From Prochloraceae cyanobacterium (GTDB lineage: Bacteria > Cyanobacteriota > Cyanobacteriia > Cyanobacteriales > JASJDA01): a DNA stretch of 64,000 nt. A model generated the notes under the pieces. It was not told where the DNA came from and did no database searches. It was given only the letters and a program-made list of their open reading frames with translations. How positions within the stretch are numbered: position 1 is the first letter of the stretch; each line of letters starts with the position of its first letter. Made by a program: the position numbers and the translations under genes. Positions 59,701 through 64,000 of the stretch are shown piece after piece. The stretch is from NCBI GenBank assembly GCA_030065755.1, contig JASJDA010000019.1:233-64232 (forward strand), written 5' to 3'.

Positions 59701-61884
59701 TAAAGTTGCTATAGCTGAAGTTGTGCCAGAAATAACTATAGCTTCGGGTGCATTGACTGCGGCGATCGCAATTTCTTTATCTAAGTGATACTTCTCGATC
59801 GTACTTTGAATCGTCTCTGCACTAGCTATCACTGCTCGCATTTCCCCATTAGGAGGCAATTGCTGCATGAGGCGACCTCTATGGGTCACTAGTTTCAGTG
59901 CTTCGGCGAGAGAGAAAACCCCAGCCAGGGTAGCAGCAACATATTCTCCTAAACTGTGACCGACCAACCCATCGGGTTTAATCCCCCAGGAGATCCACAT
60001 CTGAGCCAGGGCATATTCTAAGGCAAAGAGGGCTGGTTGAGTGTAAGCAGTTCGATCGATAAGTCGATCGTCTCGATTTTCAGGATAGAGAATAGAAAGT
60101 AGAGATTGCTCTAATTCCCCACGGAGGAGGCGATCGCATTCATCAATTGCTTGGCGGAATGTGGGTTGAGTCAGATAAAGTTGTTTGCCCATATTTGCAG
60201 ATTGGCAACCTTGTCCCGTGCATAAAAAGGCTATTTTCGAGCTTTCCTCTTTAGCTTTACCTGTAATTAAACCACTGGCTCGATCGCCTGCTAAAAAGCT
60301 TTGAAGTTTTTCTACTAATTCCCCACGAGACACGCCAGTAACAGCTAATCTATGTTGAAAATGAGTCCGTCCAGTATTAGCTGTAAAACAAATATCTGCC
60401 AAAGATTCCGATCCAGGCGATTGTAGAAAATCCTGATAGTTTTGAGCTAAATCCTGTAAAGCTTCTTTTGTCTTAGCGGTAATAGTCAGTATTTTTAAAG
60501 GATGTTCGTCAGCTTTGTGTGGAGAGACTGCCGACTCTGGTGCTTCTTCTAGGATTACGTGAGCGTTAACGCCACCAATACCGAAACTACTAACACCCGC
60601 ACGACGAGGAATATCTTTACCAGTCTCAGTTTTTAACTTCTGCCACTCTTGAGTTTCTTCAACAATATAAAAAGGGCTATTTTCGAGTTTAATCCGAGGG
60701 TTTAATTGCTTAAAATTAACGATTTTAGGCAACTTTTTATGCTTCATTGCCAAAACTACTTTAATTATTCCGGCAATGCCAGAAGCGCCTTCCAAATGTC
60801 CGATATTGGTCTTAACTGTTCCTAGACCGCAATAGGGTTTATCAACTGAAGATAAATCGTACTTTTGATGTAATTGTCTAAATGCTCGTTTGAGACCATT
60901 AATTTCTATTGGATCGCCTAAGGGCGTGCCTGTACCGTGGGCTTCGATATAGGAAATCGTATTGGGGAGGACATTAGCTTTTGTATAGGCGTCGCAAAGC
61001 ACTTGTGCTTGACCATAAACATTGGGAGATGTCAAACTTCTTGCTCTTCCACCATGATTTACTGCACTCCCTCTAATCACTCCGTAAATATGGTCTTCAT
61101 CTTCAATGGCCTTAGCTAGAGGTTTTAATAAAATTAATCCTGCTCCTTCTCCACGTACATAGCCGTCAGCCTCGCTGTCAAAAGCTTTGCACTGTCCTTG
61201 TGGAGACAACATCCTTAATTGGCTCATTTGAATGTATCTCGTCGGCGTACAGAAAATACTCACTCCACCTACGAGTGCCATGTTACATTCCTGTTCCTTC
61301 AAAGCATTTATAGCTTGATGGATTGCTACTAGCGAACTCGAGCAAGCTGTGTCTACAGGAATACTGGGACCGCGAAAATTGAAAAAGGAAGAAATACGAT
61401 TGGGGATCATGCAAGTCCAAGTTCCAGTCCCAGCGTGTCCGTTAGTGTATTGTTGATACCCATTTTGCAAAAGATCGTAGTCATAGTTACACGCTCCGAT
61501 AAAAACACCAACAGAACTTCCAGATAGTTGAGACGGTGGATATCCAGCATCCTCCAAACATGACCAACTTAGCTCCAGCATCAGCCTCTGCTGAGGATCC
61601 ATTCGTTGTGCTTCCCGAGGAGAGATGCCGAAAAATTTGGCATCGAATTGGTCTATCCCCTCAATAAACCCACCCCATTTACTAATACTTTTATTTTGCT
61701 CTTCAGGATTAGAAGAATAATACTTTTCAACTTCCCATCGCTCACAAGGAATTTCACTAATACTATTGATTTCTTCTTTTAAATTTTGCCAAAACTGTTG
61801 GTAGTTATTTGCTCCTGGAAATCGACAAGCCATACCAACAATAGCAATTGACCCAATCTTCTCTTGTTCTACATAGTCGGACAT
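56788..61884 (-). CDS. Type I polyketide synthase, KS-AT-ACP-sulfotransferase-thioesterase (no KR, no loading domain)
   Basis: KS aa ~12-447 (DTACSSS Cys181, EAHGTGT His316, NIGHLEGASG His363). AT aa ~551-880 (GHSLGE Ser644, HAFH). Post-AT motif YPFQRQRYW at aa 892-900. ACP LGIDSL Ser1027. ST aa ~1105-1385 (SSPRSGSN, PPELHLL, RHPYAVIES). TE aa ~1400-1680 (GHSLGS Ser1498, GGHNIH). Confidence 0.92.
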   Translation of the reverse strand: MSDYVEQEKIGSIAIVGMACRFPGANNYQQFWQNLKEEINSISEIPCERWEVEKYYSSNPEEQNKSISKWGGFIEGIDQFDAKFFGISPREAQRMDPQQRLMLELSWSCLEDAGYPPSQLSGSSVGVFIGACNYDYDLLQNGYQQYTNGHAGTGTWTCMIPNRISSFFNFRGPSIPVDTACSSSLVAIHQAINALKEQECNMALVGGVSIFCTPTRYIQMSQLRMLSPQGQCKAFDSEADGYVRGEGAGLILLKPLAKAIEDEDHIYGVIRGSAVNHGGRARSLTSPNVYGQAQVLCDAYTKANVLPNTISYIEAHGTGTPLGDPIEINGLKRAFRQLHQKYDLSSVDKPYCGLGTVKTNIGHLEGASGIAGIIKVVLAMKHKKLPKIVNFKQLNPRIKLENSPFYIVEETQEWQKLKTETGKDIPRRAGVSSFGIGGVNAHVILEEAPESAVSPHKADEHPLKILTITAKTKEALQDLAQNYQDFLQSPGSESLADICFTANTGRTHFQHRLAVTGVSRGELVEKLQSFLAGDRASGLITGKAKEESSKIAFLCTGQGCQSANMGKQLYLTQPTFRQAIDECDRLLRGELEQSLLSILYPENRDDRLIDRTAYTQPALFALEYALAQMWISWGIKPDGLVGHSLGEYVAATLAGVFSLAEALKLVTHRGRLMQQLPPNGEMRAVIASAETIQSTIEKYHLDKEIAIAAVNAPEAIVISGTTSAIATLTQTLTEAGIKTTKLQVSHAFHSPLMEPMLAEFRQIASQINYQQPKIELISNLTGDPVDREIATPEYWCDRIRQTVLFAPAIETLAEKGYELFVEIGPKPVLLGMARQSVPDDRQAKWLPSLRPGKEDWQQILETLAELYVAGVKVDWRSFEAYLPRNKVVLPTYPFQRQRYWVETSANASQKFAYSSCESQTPTIADWRKTPDPQQLAQQLEKTGKFSPEQVNLVSELLKISVQQDREKLAAKPAAPQTQIFTSLLKMSSSQRQEFLNSYLKNLISATLQMHPEQIQLIDSLLDLGIDSLMVVETINRIGRDLRLMLYAQELYKRPTIHSLARYLVSEFERTHIQVKSQQKQKLSFSTSIPFSPTSPPSSSVSMGKKLTGMAFILSSPRSGSNLLRIMLARHCSIFSPPELHLLPFNTMSERQPEVDISYLEDGLQRALRELKGIDSRASQELIKQLIADDVSIYEIYAMLKNLAGDRILVDKSTTYGMHRQTLERAEDLFENAKYIYLVRHPYAVIESFVRMRTDKLVDADRTDSYKVAEHIWANSNQNIRDFCKQIEQKRHHLIRYEDLVVQPEKLMKGLCEFLAIPFDPAILKPYEGARMTDGFHSSKSTSIGDSNFLQHKQIETALEQVENKIKLPHQLEDLAARVATSLDYQLPSKAKGPSSTTTMKEHFLKVRGLNLCLCSWGPEAGRLILCLHGLLDQGAAWSELAERLAQKGYWVVAPDLRGHGRSAHGGSQSSYSLLDFLADLDAIIEKLTYMPFTLIGHSLGSVIAALFASSRPQKVKELVLVETILQREVRFDETAEQIATHLDYLASPPKHHVFPNLATAAERLHKANPVLSESLAMKLAQRITEPCTGGLRWQWDPLLSTCIGVDINNLSRSQYLGLLKQIKVPTTLIYGDKSNFNQKEDLSEQQAAMPQAKRFFVPGGHNIHLEAASALAQIIINGLQEDNRRDGEIPKDDRRLAG

Positions 61885-62467
61885 AAATTTTAGATGCTGT
61901 AGTTTTATAAATTATCCTGAAAGCGTTTAGCACAGATATAAATGATTAGTTTTAGATTTTTTTTATATTTAGACAATATTTAAATATCCTAATCGAATTT
62001 GGTTGTATTTTACAAGTAACTATTTTTAGTACACGACGCAATACAATTGTACTTTAAAAACCAACGATAAGACTTTTTATCAGCAAAATAGTGGGTACGA
62101 TCGCACAAACATAAAAATAAGTATATTCTGGAAACAAAAGAATGTAAAAAACAACTATGGGGTCGTATATTAATAAAATTCAATCAGTATTATAATGATT
62201 GTTTATAAAAAGGATTGTAGAACAATCATCACACATTCATCATTCATAACTGCCAGTTTACTTTTGTATTGCAGACTACGCTTAAAGGAAAGAGATGATG
62301 GTATGGAGCAAGGGGTAGCGATCTAGATATTTTCTGATTTTAGCCGAAGGTCAAAAGTTACATAGCCATTGTATTGATGTGAGATTGTTGAGAGATGCTT
62401 CTTCATTTATCATAGTCAACAATACTAAAATAGAAACAGTTCTAAGCTTTCTTTACTGGCGTGCTCA

Positions 62468-64000
62468 ATGAATCAAATCTCTGACTTCCAGGATCCCGCA
62501 CCTCAAAAACAACAAATTAATTTTCTATCTAATTTTCTTCAGCAACAATCAGATAGATTAGAATCTCAAGATCTTTGTTTTCAACAAGCAATTACTCAGA
62601 TTGTCTGGCGGGCTGATATAAAGGGAGAATTAACTCATATCAATCAGCAATGGAATAAATATACGGGATTGCAATCTACCGAAGCGTTAGGGTTTGGATT
62701 TCTCCGTGCAATTCATGAAGAAGATCGCGAGATTACAATTTACCAGTGGCAAAAAGCAATAGAAACAAAACAACCTTACGAGATTGAGTTTCGCTTGCAG
62801 CAAAAAGATGGCAAATATCATACCTTCTTAAACAGTGCAGAACCAGTTCGAGATAAAAACGGTCGAGTTTTAGAGTGGCTCGGAACCTCTACCAGTCTTG
62901 GCAAACTCAAACAAGTCGAAGCCAGACTACAACAGAAAAATAGATTTCTACAAACACTGCTAGAAAATCTATTTGATGGCATTGTTGCTTGCGATTCTAG
63001 TGGAAAACTAACCTTATTTAATCAAGCAGCTCAAAAACTTCACCAACTGCCTTCTATGTTAATATCTCCCGAACAATGGGCGAGTTACTACGATCTTTAT
63101 TGTTCCGATGGCGAAACACCGATCGAAAAAGAGCAATTTCCTCTGTTTAAGGCGTTGCATGGAGAATATATCCACAATGAAGAAATGATAGTTGTTCCCA
63201 AACAAGGAAAAGCTAGAACTTTGCTAACTAGTGGCGCTCCTATTGTTCAAGAAGATGATGAGAAACTTGGTGCGGTAGTAGTCTTGCGAGATATTACCGA
63301 ACAAAAACAAGCTAGAGAAGAACTTGCCCAACTAAACAAAGAACTAGAGCAACGCGTCATTCAACGTACCAGTCAACTGGAAATAGCTAACCGTATCAAA
63401 GACGAATTATTACTGCGGGAGCGCAAAGCCAGGCAAGAAGCAGAACTTGCCAAAACGCACACAAAGATCTATCAAGATATTGTCAACAACATTCAGATTG
63501 GCTTTGGTATTTGGCATTTAGAAGACCCAGAAGATATTTCCAGCTTTCGACTGGTTGCTGCCAATCCAGCCTCTAGCACATTACTCGGAATAGATATTGA
63601 AAAAGAAATTGGCAAGCCAATACGTGAATGTTTCCCCAATTTGTTCGACAAGCATACCGCTCTAATAAAAGCTTTAGCAGAGGTGTTCAACTCCGGTCAA
63701 GCAATAGAGCTTGAAGAGATGCCTTATGAAGACGATCGCATTTCCCACATGATTATTAACATCAAAGTTTTTCCTATGCCCGATCGTTGTGTAGGTCTTG
63801 CCTTTGAGAATATTACCGAACGCAAGCAGATTGAAAACGCCTTAATCGAAAGTACGCGAAAGTATCGATCGGTAGTGAACAGCGTTCGAGAAGTGATTTT
63901 TCAGACAGATGACGCTGGTTATTGGCAATTTTTAAATCCCGCTTGGTTTGAAATTACGGGGTTTCCAGTAGTAGAAAGTCTAGAGCGACATTTTAGTGAA
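62468..64000 (+). CDS. Multi-PAS/PAC sensory signal-transduction protein (5' part; continues past the window end)
   Basis: The frame from the ATG at 62468 is open to the window end (511 codons, checked codon by codon). It contains repeated PAS/PAC-like blocks (ITERK, RDITEQKQAREEL, ...FQTDDAGYWQFLNPAWFEITG) separated by coiled linkers. Confidence 0.8.
   Translation, partial: MNQISDFQDPAPQKQQINFLSNFLQQQSDRLESQDLCFQQAITQIVWRADIKGELTHINQQWNKYTGLQSTEALGFGFLRAIHEEDREITIYQWQKAIETKQPYEIEFRLQQKDGKYHTFLNSAEPVRDKNGRVLEWLGTSTSLGKLKQVEARLQQKNRFLQTLLENLFDGIVACDSSGKLTLFNQAAQKLHQLPSMLISPEQWASYYDLYCSDGETPIEKEQFPLFKALHGEYIHNEEMIVVPKQGKARTLLTSGAPIVQEDDEKLGAVVVLRDITEQKQAREELAQLNKELEQRVIQRTSQLEIANRIKDELLLRERKARQEAELAKTHTKIYQDIVNNIQIGFGIWHLEDPEDISSFRLVAANPASSTLLGIDIEKEIGKPIRECFPNLFDKHTALIKALAEVFNSGQAIELEEMPYEDDRISHMIINIKVFPMPDRCVGLAFENITERKQIENALIESTRKYRSVVNSVREVIFQTDDAGYWQFLNPAWFEITGFPVVESLERHFSE

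Overview
The window is a 64-kb chromosomal segment from a cyanobacterium. Evidence: chlB, ndhM, a Psb32-like TPM protein, very frequent HIP1 octamers (GCGATCGC), and an AT-rich background. About 60 protein-coding genes are packed tightly, mostly on the minus strand. Confident housekeeping calls are secA, murD, rph, def, chlB, ndhM, ppa, arsC, comB-like, an amylo-alpha-1,6-glucosidase, two GT4 glycosyltransferases, a dynamin-like GTPase and a UvrD-type helicase. I found no rRNA, tRNA or CRISPR array.

Observations that stand out:
1. A 1698-aa type I PKS has the order KS-AT-ACP-sulfotransferase-thioesterase. This is the CurM/Ols-type ST-TE offloading logic, but with no ketoreductase and no loading module.
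2. The inorganic pyrophosphatase gene ppa is split by a 913-nt ORF-less group II intron. It has a 5' GUGCG and a clear domain V, and the exon join restores a 170-aa reading frame.
3. There are two solo IS200/IS605-type tnpB genes. One sits between the PKS and a co-oriented DUF362 gene. It has a terminal omega-RNA-like hairpin and an in-frame GC-rich palindromic insertion.
4. Dense 7-8-nt tandem repeat arrays (STRR-like: AACAGCY and NGGGGAGA families) are concentrated in the first 28 kb. They sit at gene boundaries, bracket genes in inverted orientation, and extend into coding sequence.
5. Several gene remnants occur between about 6 and 15 kb, next to a GC-rich TrmH-family methyltransferase.

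All functional calls come from reading motifs by eye. No database search was run.
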